Assembly (NCBI GenBank): GCA_964016885.1
Contig: OZ024743.1
Coordinates: forward strand, 256,928,001 to 256,992,000
DNA: 64,000 nucleotides
Origin: Eledone cirrhosa
Taxonomy: Eukaryota
Direction of reading: 5' to 3'
A program made the translations under genes and the position numbers. Every line of letters begins with the position of its first letter. The stretch's first letter is position 1. The notes beneath the pieces are model-generated. The model searched no databases and had not been told where the DNA came from. It saw nothing but the letters and a program-made list of their open reading frames with translations. This document shows positions 24,910 to 37,975 of this stretch, piece by piece.

Positions 24910-26697
24910 AATAAGTACTCATAAATATACGCATATACACAGGCACATAAAAACAGCTCTACAGGCAGAAAATGCAGATAGGTAAGAGGTACTTACATAA
25001 CCATAATGGCCGTATTCCAGGTTGAGTATGGGTGGGGGTGGGGGGGAGGAGGTAGAGGGGATAAAAGGAGGAAATCGTTTTTAGCAATCGGACATTAACG
25101 CTGGCTTAATGTATTTGAAAGTTGCAAAGTTATTATGCATGCAGTTCGGGTAGTGTTCAGAGAGTTTGTTCAGTAGCGGCCCCTCGGCGAATAAAATTTC
25201 ATAGCTCTCTGAGATACAAAGGTCTCAGCCCTTGTGTCCTCCGTTGTAAGAGCGCACCTTCTGGAGTATTTTCCATTTAAGCGTGAAGGGGGTGGAGTTC
25301 CTTTTGAGGTCACAAACATAGGAGGCGAGTGTTGTCTGGTTTGATTTGTCCCGTCTTGTGAAGGAGCAGGTATGGGCATAGAAGTCATGCCGATGTAAGT
25401 CTTTTTGTTATTGCAATCATCGGTGCCTGAGATGACATCGCATTTGTATACGATATCATTTATCAGGCATTAGTTTTCAAGTGGGCAGGCTTCCTTATTT
25501 AGGCAATTACACAAGGCCCCAGTCCGGGGATTGGGTTCGGAGGTGGTTGGCTTATTTAATTTTTTAGAATTATGGATGGCTATATTCCTAGCTAGGTTAG
25601 GTTTGGTGGAGTAGGAGAGTCTTATTGTGTTCTTATTAATGATGGTGTAGTACCTATGTTGTATGGGGAAGTGTGTTTTCAGCAAAATGAAGAAAATCCT
25701 AGCTATCGGTGTAGAGACCTCTCTATTGAAGGGAGGGTTGTACCAGCTAATCTTCCTATCCCTATTCCTCCTCTGCAAACTTGCGATCGTTTCTAGGTAG
25801 GTTATCTTTTCTTTAAATCCGCTGCGGGCGAGGACGTCATTGTAGTAGGAGGCAGAGGCGTTAAAAATATCTTCGTTGGCAGAGAGGCCAGAGATTCTAA
25901 TAGAGACGCTCTTTACTAAGTTATCAGTGATGTTTTTGGGGTGGTTAGAATTAACATTAATATATCTAAGAGACTCGTTAGGTTTGTGGTACGGGTAATA
26001 GAGGGAAGTATCTAAGTCGAGAGTGACATCTAAGAAGTTGGCCCTAGTCATATTAGATTCTATAGTTATACTAAATCCTAGATTAGAGAAGAACGAGCTT
26101 AAGTTTCTCCGAAACCCATCGGTGGTTCTGGGGTTAACCTTGTGCAGGGCGAAGAGGCCGTCGTCTTGGTATAAACCTCCGGTTAGGCCGGTAAAGAGGT
26201 TCTTCAGGTGATGTAAAATGTACAAGCCCACAAGGTCGCTAATTTCAGCCGAGTCACTCGCTCCCATGCTGACGGCAAATGGAGTCTGAGACTTCTTGTT
26301 GATCCAGTAAGATCCATCGTGGTATAGAAAGGTCTTACGGGCGTGGAGGATAACAACTTGCTCAGCATCGGTAATGGTGCTAAAATTCCTGGCAAAGGTA
26401 ATTGCGTCCTTCAGGAGGGGCTCCGAGATAGAAGCATAGTAGTTTTCTATGTCGAGTTGCAGGAAGCGAGTGTGGCGTTTGTCGGGTAATTCTTGGAACC
26501 AGGATATTGCCTCAGATGTTCTGCTCCAGAGTGGGAGTGGTGAGGCAACCCGCAATGATGGTAGAACTCTATCCAGGATCTTCTTACTGATAGAGCCGAT
26601 GTCTGAACGAGTGGGGTTGATATGTCTGACTGATGGTTTGTTGAGGAAGTTTCCCTTATGGTCCTTCAGGGTAAAGTGCGAAGTCTTTACCCTTAAA
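24907..26697 (-). mobile_element. Penelope-like element (Neptune-like), 5'-truncated
   Basis: TLKDHKGNF..INPTRSDIG, LQLDI, SMGASD, LYQDDGL, FLDVTL, SNHP, WYNPPF, CNC..CPL, DIVYKC..TYIGMT. Confidence 0.88.
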
Positions 26698-28856
26698 GAT
26701 GCACTAGCCAATGCTAATTTGGCTTTTTGAAAATCCTCGAGCTGAGTCTGAGTCAAAGAGATGTCCTTAATCTTCTTGCGGCAATTTTTCAGAATCTCAG
26801 TAAGAGAGAAGAGTAGATTAGCACAATGCGGAACAAAACGTCTATAGAAATTTATCAGTCCTAGGAATTGTCGCAACTGACAAAGTGAGGTCGGCGGAGG
26901 CAAAACCTCTATAGCCTGAACTTGTTGAGGGAGGGGTCGAATACCCTCGGAGTCAATGACATGACCTAAAAATTCAGCGATTCCGCACCGAAAACACTTT
27001 TTGTGGTATTTATTTGAACACTGAAATCCTTGAGTCGACAAAACAAAAGATTCAAATGACGTATGCGTTCTTCTCTGGAGGAACTAGCAATAAGCAGATC
27101 ATCAATATAAGTGTAGACGAAGTCTAAACCACGAGTGACCTCATCCATGAACTGTTGAAATGTGCTAGCAGCATTCCTAAGTCCGAAAGGCATGGTAAGA
27201 AATTCGAATAATCCAAATGGAGTCGTAATGGCCGTTTTCGGAATATCTTCTTTCTTGACAGGAATCTGATGATAGGCTCGCACCAAATCGAGCTTCGAAA
27301 ATATTTTACATCCCTGCAATGACGATGCAAAATCTTGCAGGTGTGGAATAGAATATCTATCCGGGACAGTTATAGCATTTAACTTCCTATAATCCCCAAT
27401 GTGTCTCCAGTCGCCAGAAGTCTTGGGTACCATGTGCAACGGAGAAGCCTAAGGGCTCGTAGAAGGGCGAATTATGCCTAGCTGCAGCATGTGGTCGAAC
27501 TCGGACCGTGCTGCCTTCAATTTGTCCGCAGGCAAGCGACGAGGACGTGAGAACACTGGGGCACCAGTTGTAGAGATAAAATGCTCCATTGTGTGAGTCG
27601 GTTCGACCACTCGAAAATTTCCCTGAGTAAGCTGTGGGAAAGAATTCAACAATGCATGATAGGGATTCCCAGCATTAGCGATGAAAAAGGTCGGGCTAAC
27701 CGTTGGAAAATTAACTTTCTGGCCACGAAGAGAAAAACCAGTAGTGTCGTCTACTAGGCGTCGGCCACGGACGTCCACCGTCAATGCAAAATGGTGTAAA
27801 AAATCCACTCCCAAGATCGGATATGGTAGGTCAGGAACCGTAAAAATCCATTTGAATTCTTGTCGAAGATTTCTGAATTGCAGAGGAAGCGAGATTTGTC
27901 CAAAAGTCCGTATCGGCGAATGATTGACAGCTTGTAGATTCATTGAGGACCCAGGAGGAGTTACTGTCATATAATTGACAGGCCAAATACTGCACGAAGC
28001 TCCTGTGTCTACGAGGAAGGCTCTTCCAGACAGGAGGTCCTCTATGAAGAAATGGCGGTTCTGTTGTGTCTCGCAGAGTTCACTTACCGCCTTTAGTGAC
28101 TCTGATCTACATTTCCCGAAGCTGAATATTTATATGGAGGCCGGCAATGTATTGCCTTATCCGCGAAGGTGGCATGATACCAGCAAAATAATGGATTGCT
28201 GGCGGGCGAAGTAGTATGCTGACGTCGAGTCGCGAAAGAACGCGAACGGCTTCTAGGCCGCCGGGAATACGGCCTATTCTCCCTACATAACCGAGTGACT
28301 TGCTGCGTCAAAGCGTCAATAGCTTTTAACATGGCATCCTCGCGTGTGGAGACGGGCTGGTTCGAATGTGAAGAAGAGGCAGGTAAATTAGGACCATTCA
28401 CTGTCAATCTATATCAACTTGGACGTATAAAAGTGATATTCGCATTAAAAAAAATGCAGAAATTTCTTTAGATGTTCAGAAAAACGGGAAAACAGTACAA
28501 ATTTCCCTCAACATACATAAAGGCAGAAGAACGGCAAAAAAAAAATGTTCTCAAGTGTCCATAACAGGGAAAATAATCCGGCGAATTTGTAAAAAAAACA
28601 ATCCGAAGTCGACAAGTCACAATAATTCAAGGCAGAAAAATTTAATATTTGTTTTTTTTTTGAGAAGGCGATGGCATCACATGATGCGTCTCAGCCAATC
28701 AGATGGCTGCATTTCGGAGAAGAAAGACAATTGGCTGACCAGTCAGCCATTGTGAATTCTTTTTTTTTTTTTTTAATGTTTCTCTAGAAGTTTTTTTAGA
28801 AGTTTTTTTTTTTGAAGTTTTTCGAAGTTTTTTTTAGAAGGCTGTGTAATGCATAA

Positions 28857-28869
28857 TCGGGGTCAACCA
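28857..28869 (-). promoter_or_regulatory. Primer binding site, tRNA-Trp-like
   Basis: TGGTTGACCCCGA, one insertion away from the TGGTGACCCCGA tRNA-Trp PBS. Confidence 0.6.
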
Positions 28870-28871
28870 CT

Positions 28872-29068
28872 TTAGACGACGAGTATTTATGTATTTAAGA
28901 CTTGCAAAAATATTCAGAAGAATGCGAATGGCTTGTGTGTGTTTGTACAATCAGCTCCAAGAAAATTGCGTGTTGTCGCTCTGCATTTCTTGCCGGAGTG
29001 TCTGTGTTATTTTTATGACGTCATTTTGTGACATCAGAGCTATCACACCACAGGTGTCGCTTCGCTAC

Positions 29069-29069
<1 letters not shown>
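28872..29069 (-). repeat. Gypsy 5' LTR
   Basis: Starts TGTAGCGA next to (TA)n and ends just before a primer-binding-site-like motif. Confidence 0.6.
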
Positions 29070-29102
<33 letters not shown>

Positions 29103-29104
29103 TA

Positions 29105-29291
29105 ATATAGAAGAGCTTCTACAGGACGAGAACTGTTTCATTTGTGAGAAATCACGAGGAAGCTTCCTGATGATTTCTCACGAATGAAACAGTACTAGTC
29201 CTGTAGAAGCTCTTATATATGAAAACATTATACTCTGCTATGTATTGAGTACTTTACTTACTGTGGTTACCTCCGATTCAACCCGGAAAAA

Positions 29292-29294
<3 letters not shown>
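29105..29294 (+). mobile_element. HHR family B fold-back element
   Basis: Palindrome centred on GAAGCTTC (29159-29166), then the family B tail and (TA)n. Confidence 0.8.
29161..29211 (+). ncRNA. Type I hammerhead ribozyme, family B
   Basis: agcttc-CTGATGA-t ttc(tcac)gaa t-GAAACAG-tactagtc-CTGT-A-gaagct. Confidence 0.82.
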
Positions 29295-29345
<51 letters not shown>

Positions 29346-29681
29346 TAACATATTAAAGTTTAAGCAAAGAATCGCTGCTTTCACCCGTAACGGGATCTTC
29401 TGAAACATATATATATATATATATATAAAATTATCCACAATCTCTTGAGTAAGCATTGATCTGTATACTTTGTATACTTGTGAATATTTAGATTATCAGA
29501 ATAGAGAAGATTGTGAGATATTTCAAGCCTTATCAAATGATTATATTTCATTGAAGAATAAATAACAGCACTGTGATATCACCCTTCGTTCTCAAGTTAA
29601 CTCTTTAATGAAGCAAATTCATGTAAATGAAATAATCATAATCCTAAATTAGCAATCACAAACATTGTATACATTTTCCAG

Positions 29682-29720
29682 TTACAAGGATTCCTTGATT
29701 TCATATACTTGATGTTCCTT
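29682..29720 (-). CDS. Candidate terminal host exon (unidentified)
   Basis: Strong polypyrimidine acceptor tttctttatttatttttccag, then KEHQVYEIKESL-stop; no homology support. Confidence 0.25.
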   Translation of the reverse strand, partial: KEHQVYEIKESL

Positions 29721-29829
29721 CTGGAAAAATAAATAAAGAAATGAAATGTTACAGCTCATACTAATGGAAGTTTACCTGGCCCCAACAAGGTATCTTAGAT
29801 GAAGTTTCCCAGGTGTTTTAATGATAGTG

Positions 29830-29970
29830 GGTTCAGTCCTATCCCGTAAGGCAAGATGAAATGAAGTATTTTGCTCAAGAACACAATACACAGGCCACTC
29901 ACAGAATTGAACCAATGACTTTATTATAAAGAGTTCAACGCCCTAACCCCTATGTCAAGTGTCTTTCCTC
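29830..29970 (-). mobile_element. Decayed CORE-type SINE
   Basis: Minus: ggttcaattc..tgtgttcttgagcaaaatacttc. Confidence 0.5.
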
Positions 29971-30044
29971 AAGGGGAGATAAATATCAAACTTAAAGAAT
30001 TAAGTGGATTGGGAAGAAGTTATACCAACGAAACCTTATGAAAA

Positions 30045-30330
30045 TCTCACTCACTTATGCCCATAACCCCAACTGAGACATATGCTATCACCGATCTATC
30101 TCCACCCATCTCTGTCGTGGTCCTTCTTCAAATGCTCTCAGCTCCATCGAGATGTTCATCCTAGTCACTTTATTCTTCAAGTTATATTGCCAGTAGTTCC
30201 CTGGCTTTTCTATCTTCAATTTGTCCCCAGGTTTCCACCATGGAGACAGCATTCTGGTACTTTTTCTGGGTTGCAGTGTCAGTGGAGATTTGACTACTTT
30301 ACAAAAGTGTGTTGTTGTACATGAAGTTGC
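30045..30330 (-). mobile_element. Ancient RTE LINE 3' end
   Basis: WKP..K..KPGNYW..PRQRW resembles the RTE terminus WNPxGKRxRGRPxxTW..DRxRW; short (AGTG) tail. Confidence 0.45.
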
Positions 30331-30667
30331 CTGGGAGAAAGTCTTCAAGAACACATGATACTACAGTTAACATATTAATATTTCCTCAAAAGATAGCTTT
30401 ATATTTCAGATGAAATTGCATTTTAGTTGCAATCATTAAACTTGTTTAGGTCTGTTTACATTAATAAGTGTGAGTCTTTTTAGACTTACAACAAAAGAAA
30501 TAATATTCAATCATCCCTACGACATTGATACGGGCCCAGACAGTATGGGTGAATGTTCCCTGGCATGTAGAACACCAGGTGCTGGCTGGCATGATGTCCC
30601 AGTGGACACAATAGCGAAAGCATTGCTCCAGATGTTAAAGGATGATGAAATTGTTAATATTATATAT

Positions 30668-30908
30668 ATAAAAAGCATCCAGCCCACACTGTAAAGTGGA
30701 CGTGTAGGCGCCACGGAAAAAAGCAACCAGCACTCACTGTAAATGAGGTTGGTGTTAGGAAGGACATCCAGCTGTAGAAATCAAGCCAGAATCAGTTCCT
30801 GTATGATCAAGACAAAGTCAGCCGACTGGGCACTGCCCACAACAGGACAACCCGTCTAACCCATGCTAATGTGGAAGAACGAATGTAAAATGATGAGGAT
30901 GATGATGA
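30668..30908 (+). mobile_element. SINE 3' portion with RTE-like tail
   Basis: Highly similar to 2115-2348. Confidence 0.75.
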
Positions 30909-30995
30909 AGTCATTATCTATATTTTGTATAACTGAATTATGTATATACATATATGTAATGGACATTAACCCTTTAGCATTTACATTATTTCATA

Positions 30996-31185
30996 TGGCG
31001 GTGGATTGGCAGTATTGGTAGAAGGTCGGACGCCATGCTTTGACGCATAGAGTTACGGCCCTTGCCATTCTGAGTTCAAATCCCGCCGAGGTTAACTTTG
31101 CCTTTCATCCTTACGGGATCGATAAAATAAAGTACCAGTAATGCACTGGGTAATTGCTGGCCTTGTGCCAAAAAGTAGAAACAAT
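30996..31185 (+). mobile_element. tRNA-derived SINE (OR1/Meta-like)
   Basis: Near-identical to 2884-3073. Confidence 0.85.
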
Positions 31186-31504
31186 TATTTTATATATACT
31201 ATTATATTTTCATGGTAAAGGCTTTACCTCACATAATTATCTCACATAATATCGAATCTATGAGATTTTGAAAGTATTTATTTTGAGAACAATCAGTTTG
31301 AGTGACCAGTTACAGCCAGTTTCAACAGAAAAGGTAGAGAATTCTGGCCGGTTTTGGCCGGTTTGAATATTAAAGGGTTAAATGATGCTGAATTATAGGT
31401 AATTTTATATATATAGATGACACCAATCTACTACCCTAAGTATCGAATACTCTGGTGCGTTATGGTTCACCTGGTTCTTTACCACACTTACTTCGTTATA
31501 TATC

Positions 31505-33640
31505 TATGTATATACTTCAGAACATCCCGAACTCAATATGGACAGAATGTGCAGCATCAGTACCACATAAGAACAAAAAACATCCCAAAAGTGCAATTTA
31601 GGAGACTGACTTGCTAGGAAAGAACGTCATAATACTGAATGGGATACAAACAGCATAAATCAAATATCAATAGAAAAAAGCAAAATAAATCATCCAACCA
31701 TCTGAAGCAGGTGACATAAAGGGTAGTGTTTGAATTTGAACAGCGCATAGCAATCAACCCTGAGAGTAAGGTTTTCTGGAAATATGTACATTCAAAGCAG
31801 AGCCCTCTCTCTCCAGTTGGTCTTCTTCGCAATCCCCACACAAGCCAGATTTCTGACAATGCCAAAGAATGCACAGAACCTAATTCTGAATGCTATGCAG
31901 GCATGTTTACTATTGAAAACCAAAACATACCATCTCCACCACCTCTGACATCAAATTCTATAACAACTATTGAATTTACACCTGAAATGCTGCGATGTCA
32001 CCTTAATAATAAAAGCAACTAGCCTCTCCTGGTGTTGATAGTGATATGTACCTGCTTCTCAAACCTGCTTTGTATTTTCTTCTGCACCAGCTTTCATTCT
32101 TTTTTCAATTCTGTCTTAACAACAGTGCAACTCCGGAGCAGTGGAAATCTGCCAGTGTCATTCCTCTGTTTAAAAAGGATGACTGCCCATTACCTGTCAA
32201 CTATCGTCCAGTCAGTCTTATAGCTGCATTGCCAAACTGATGGAATCCTATGTCACAGAAACACTCTGGAACTTTTGGAATTCTCACAGCCTTATCCGAC
32301 CCTCACAATTTGGATTTATCCCCAACTCCAGCTGCTGTGATCAACTTATCGAGTTTCTTGAAGATATCACCCAGATTACTGATGGTGGCTCTTCGGTGGA
32401 TGCTGTTTACCTTGACTTTGTTAAAGCTTTTAATTCTGTGCCATACAACAGATTTATGGCAAAATTCTCTGCAATGGGTGTGAAAGATGATTTTTTTAAC
32501 AGGTTGAAGTCCTTCATTCTCAGTCGAAAAGAGGTAGTCACGGTTCTAGGACAGCATTCTTCACCTTATGAGATATCATCTGGTGTACCACTGCGATCTG
32601 TTCTTGGTCCCCTTTTGTTTGTTGCATATATTAATGACATAGATGCCAACTTAAAGAATGCCGCAGTACTGAAATATGCAGATGACATCAAACTGTACCT
32701 TGAGATACAAAGGACAGATCCTGAACACTATAGATCTTTGCTGCAATCAGACCTGGACACAATTCAGCAATGGATCATGAACTAGCAGCTCAAGCTGGCT
32801 GTGGACAAGTGTACCACCATGCATTTTGGAAGGAAAAATCCAGCGTTTACATACTCCATCCACAACACTAATATCAAGAAGTCTTCTTGTAAACGTGACC
32901 TTGGCATTACTGTCTGCAGCGATTTGCGTCCGACAAAACACGTCTCTAAAATTGTCAAGAAGTCCAAGGGTGTCTTAGCATCACTCAGCAAGACCTTTGT
33001 CGACCGCTGTCAGCTGTATATAATTATGATGTAGCCACACTTGGAATTTGCATCACCAGTCTGGAACCCCTATCTTGCTCAGAACATTGACCTCCTGGAA
33101 ACTGTTCAGGGACGTGCAACCACGCAAATATCCTCCATCAAATATCTACCATATTCTGAACGCCTTGCTTCCCTGGGCATGGATACATTGAAGCTCCAAC
33201 ATCTGGCAACTGACTTGGTAAACACCCTCAAAATTATTAACCATCTTGCCAACAACTCTGAGCACCTTTTTGATTTCCATGTGTCTAACACACGTGGGCA
33301 TGCCTACAAAGTCAGAAAATAGCTCAGCTCCCATGACTTTCGGAAACATTTTTTCATGCTCAGAGTTGCTGAAGCATGGAAGAAACTACCTGCGTCAGTT
33401 GTTAGCTGTCGAGACACTGCATCCTTTAAAACTTCCATGCTTCTGAAATTCGCCGACTCTACACCTGATATCTCCCCTCCATACACACGCACACATGTAT
33501 ATCATGACTCATACACTGTTCACTTTCCTGACATTTGTACATTATTCTATGTACTATACATTGCACCTTTGATGAGTTGTAGTGCACCTGAGTACACAAT
33601 ACTTTCATTATTTTTATTATTATTCGTTATTATCATTATA
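31505..33640 (+). mobile_element. CR1-clade LINE, 5'-truncated and decayed
   Basis: FWKYV, VIPLFKK..NYRPVSL, QFGF, VDAVYLDF.KAF, SGVP..SVLGPLLF, YADD, EFASPVWNPY, TRGH..K; (TTA)-like tail. Confidence 0.9.
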
Positions 33641-33670
33641 TATATATATAAATTGAATTCAGCAATAAAC

Positions 33671-33776
33671 CTTCCAGAATAATCCCATCAATTTCCTGTC
33701 GGAAACACAACGAAAAGATTCCAAAGACATCAAGTGACTTTTTCTTTCTTTTTGATGCAAAATAGGAAAATTGAAA
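33671..33776 (-). CDS. Candidate internal host exon (unidentified)
   Basis: ttcttcag acceptor and AAG/gtttat donor; 106 nt; two open frames, either of which reaches a stop soon after splicing to 29720. Confidence 0.25.
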
Positions 33777-34684
33777 CTGAAGAACATTATGAGATCATCA
33801 AAATTCCAATTCTTATATGTCGGAAAGAACTCTTAAATAATGAATATTATAGGAAAATGTCAAAACTGAGATGGTAATTTATATTCTCTGTCAAACCTTT
33901 CACTGGTTTCTTTCATAATTTTACCCCACTCAATACAATAATTAAGTTTAACTTTTGCTACCCTGTAGATATTTTCCTGTACCATCAAGTATTTTTCAAG
34001 GTATTTATATTTCTATACACATAAATAATATATACATATATATATATGACATTAGGGAGGGCATCCAGCTGTAGAGACTAAACCAAAAACATATTTATAT
34101 GAGCATGACATGGTCATCTAACCTGACTTATCTCTTAGCATGACAAGCCATCTAACCCATGCAAGCATGGAAAATAGACATCAAATTAAAGGATGATGAT
34201 GATGATGACGACACACATAATATGATTATCTTCATCATCACAGTTTAACAACTATTTTCCGTGCTTGCATGTGTTAGACGATCTGTTTTGAAGCTAGACT
34301 ACTCAGGTGATGATGTCTTCCCCATATGTTCCATTTTTGGACACCTTTCCTAAACCACTTCATAGCATGTACTACTGGAAGCACGGTTTCTATGGCTGGA
34401 TGCACATTTTAATATCAGCCACTTTATGGCATGTACTGGAAACATTTATTGTGAGACTGGCATTACCACCTTATGCTGAAGACTGGGTGATTGTTTTTTT
34501 TTTTTTTGTTTTGTTTTGTGGCACCAACACTACCACTTTACTTTGTGAGCTTGGTGTATTTTTATTGTGGGCCATTACTGGGGAGGCATTGACAAGAGTG
34601 GAGAGGGGATGTTATTCTACATCGTGAAAAGAAGTGTTGTGTCATGTGAGTGGCCTTGGAGAGAATGAATTGCACCTGGCTGTC

Positions 34685-35450
34685 CATCTCTAGTGCGTGA
34701 CGTCATCACCCCTTCCTTCTTCAATCATCTCTAGTGTGTGACGTCATCACCCCTTCCTTCCTCAATCATCTCTAGTGTGTGACATCATCGCTTCTTTCCT
34801 CAATCATCTCTAGTGTGTGACATCATCACTTCTTTCCTCAATCATCTCTAGTGTGTGACGTCATCACCTCTTCCTTCCTCAAGGGGTTGGACAAGGAAGT
34901 GAACCAAATATGTGAGCACATCTTTCTTCCATGCTTGGATGGGTTATGCAGAAACATTTATTGGGGATGAGATACTAGAATTTTTTTCAACATACTGACA
35001 CGTGTATAAGCATATTATTATAAATGTGCAAATACAGACGCACTTACAAAAATAAGTTGCTCAAATTTATATATAGATTAGACACACAATTGTAGTAAAT
35101 GTTAGATGCTGTTTTCTGTAGTTTGTCATCACCCTTCCTTCCTCAGTCATTTCTAGTGCATGACGTCACCACCCCTTCCTTCCTTTATCATCTCTAGTAT
35201 GTGGCATCATCGCCCCTTCTTTCAACAGTCATCTCTAGTACGCAATTGCATCACCCGTTCCTTCGACTGTCATCTCTAGTGTGTGACATCACCCCTTTCC
35301 TCCTCAATCATCTCTAGTACATGATGTCATCACCCCTTCCTTCTTCAATCCTCTCTAATGTGTGATGTCATCACCCCTTCTTGTCTCAGTCATCTCTAGT
35401 GTGTGATGGAAGGACGAATGGACAGAAGTCGCTCAAATTTATATATAGAT
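34685..35450. repeat. Minisatellite of about 40 bp in two arrays, possibly within non-autonomous Helitron-like elements
   Basis: Unit atcatctctagtgtgtgacgtcatcaccccttccttcctca at 34685-34882 and 35118-35407; each array is followed by aagtYgctcaaatttatatatagat. Confidence 0.8.
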
Positions 35451-35802
35451 ATCATCCCCCATTTCCATCACTGATCCTATGTTTTACAGTAGTTGATATG
35501 TATGCTAAAAAGCATATAAAGTGTCACTGTATAACTGTAAGATCTGTGTCTTTAAGGTTTAAAATAGCTACACTGTATCCCTACAGAGTTCCTGCTACCT
35601 TTTAAGTCACTGATATCTTTCTCTCTCTCTCTGTCCATTCCCGCTAATAAATATATGCATATAATAGTCCTGCATGCTAAATTACTAGGATTTCTCTTCA
35701 GGACAAAATTGCAGAGAGATTCACAAAGTATTTTGAGGTAATTTTTTTTTTGTCTTGGGTACTTTACCCATTATCAAATAAAATTTCTCTCTCTCTCATT
35801 CT

Positions 35803-35870
<68 letters not shown>

Positions 35871-35872
<2 letters not shown>

Positions 35873-36515
35873 CAAATGTCATCTGAGTTTTTCGAATATT
35901 AATAATTATATTCGATTTGTTTGCAATTATTCAAACAACCCTCTTTTAAGCCTTGTCAGTAGAATGAGCCCCTCATTCTTGCTCTTGTGTTGGCATGTAA
36001 ACAGAACTGCAGACACTAATGTTTCTGGGTGATTACCCTACATGAGTGCAGTTTACTGTTCACCTGCCAACTGTCAGATCTAGTGAAAATATATATTTTT
36101 TAAAATATACAGCAACTGATCGGCCTGATTTGCATATTAGCAGAGTGGCTAATCAGTCAGATCTGCATATTAGCAGATTCACTGATCAGCCAGATTTGCA
36201 TATCAGTAGATAGGCCAGTCAGTTTCATGTATACAAGCGATTAAATATTAGTTTGCAGGCTTAGCTTGCAGACTGTGCATTTCCTATCAGTACAGGAGAT
36301 TCTTTGAAATGGGTATGTTTTACTAATTAGGGTTTTTATGGAAATACCTGGTCTTTCAACTGTCTTAATATTTAATTTGAGTTTATCTAGGGCCCTTTTA
36401 AATCTGTAAGCTAGTTCGCCTCTAGGGGTTGTATTGATGAACATTACACTCTGATATTTATTGCTATCATATCATGAGTTGCTTTTATTTGCCTTATTCC
36501 TAATCCTTTCTATTT
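35871..36515 (-). mobile_element. PLE fragment: RT-EN linker fused to terminal repeat
   Basis: ORF 36241-36444 FINTTPRGELA..VERPG.SIK..YPF..C....C..C, then the family A repeat and (TA)n. Confidence 0.6.
36005..36053 (-). ncRNA. Hammerhead family A copy with mutated core
   Basis: aactgca-CTCATGT-agggt..accca-GAAAC-attagt-GTC-tgcagtt. Confidence 0.6.
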
Positions 36516-36814
36516 TGTTACAAAATGTGCCCCTACACATGTGGCAAGTCCAATTTGCATAATTTTCTGTCAAAGGAGGGACACAAAATAAAAACATAAT
36601 CACTAAGGAAGTCACAGAATGTGTGATGAAAGAACTTTGACAATATATAAACAACAATCTGGTTATTGAACCAACCAACCAAACAGAAATTTATAATAAA
36701 TTAAAGTGAAAACCAACAGGTGCATGTGTTTTCATTGGCAGCATGACCCTCCCAAAGTATTACAATATCTGTTTCAACAGATGTTTTCAGATAAGAAATT
36801 TTGCAAAAAATGAA

Positions 36815-36846
<32 letters not shown>

Positions 36847-37821
36847 ACTTCAAAAATGAAGTGTATATATATATGTGTGTGCGAGTGAGTGTATGGGTCC
36901 CACCTAACCTGAACTGCTCTAGGTCCCCCCAAGGTCTAAATCTGTTCCTGGTGCTATAAGCCTGCATGTCAGAAGAGGTGACTGAAAGGCTATTGTGGAG
37001 GCAGCAAGGCTAACCATGACAGTAGTAAGGAAAATGGTATTAAAGTGATTATTGCTGTTGTTACTGTGTATGTTGCATTGCTTCATTGCATACAAAAATA
37101 CGTTTTTACTTTGTTGAGAAGAAACAGTAAAATGTTGTTACTTTATCTTTGGAATTGTGTATATAAATAGATTAAGTATTTTAAGTTGTCAGTACAGTAC
37201 AATAAACATGTTTATCTAAATAACACAGTGTAGTAGCCTGGTCAATTATTTAAGATGTCCACTGAAGGTTTTACCCAAACATTCCTAATGTTTAGAAATG
37301 TTATTAGAGAAGTTTATACAATGTTACCAACATACCAATTAAGAGATTCTGTGAATTGGATTGATTTTCTGTGTTTAGTTACAGACAATCTAACACAATT
37401 GCACTGCCTATAACATATAACACAAGCCATGGTGTCTTCCACCAGTGAATTTAGAAATTACAACAGTTAAAACCGTATGCATTTTCTCAAGGAAATGACC
37501 CAGCACTTAGTTTGTTAACGTAATTATTTGGCTTTCAGGAATTTCTAGTGATTTTCTTTCTTTATTCCTTCTTAAATCTTCACCATTCTTCAGTATATCA
37601 AGAACATTTTGTTCAATTGCATGGCTTCATAATGGAGCGACTATTTACAGCATACATACATAAATATATACATACATATGGAAAAACAGATGTAAAATGG
37701 TGATGATGATATATAAATGTGTACATTCATATTCCTCACAATGTACCTTGTATATAAGATGACAGGAATTTGTTGTCAAACAACATTAAGTTGTATATAT
37801 ATATATGTGTGTGTGTATGTA

Positions 37822-37852
<31 letters not shown>

Positions 37853-37944
37853 TTTATGTGTGCGTGTGTGTGTGTGTGTGATTGTGTGTGTGTAAATGAC
37901 CATGTGTGCTAAACGTTTGTATTCTTTATAAATTGCTTCTGTGA

Positions 37945-37975
<31 letters not shown>

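Larger units (their letters stand above)
26698..29069 (-). mobile_element. Ty3/Gypsy LTR retrotransposon, 3'-truncated (5' LTR, partial gag, protease, RT)
   Basis: Gag knuckle CWYH..F..KA..C..P; FLVDTGA protease; [39 protein letters not shown]. Confidence 0.9.

Noticed and set aside
30055-30330. Apparent exon with AG acceptor and GTGAGT donor
   Set aside because: The peptide is better explained as a decayed RTE C-terminus with its short repeat tail
34685-35407. CRISPR-like regular repeats
   Set aside because: Units are contiguous without unique spacers, there are no cas genes, and the context is eukaryotic
35702-35737. 36-nt plus-strand micro-exon candidate (DKIAERFTKYFE)
   Set aside because: Splice-like signals only, no partner exons; expected by chance in AT-rich DNA
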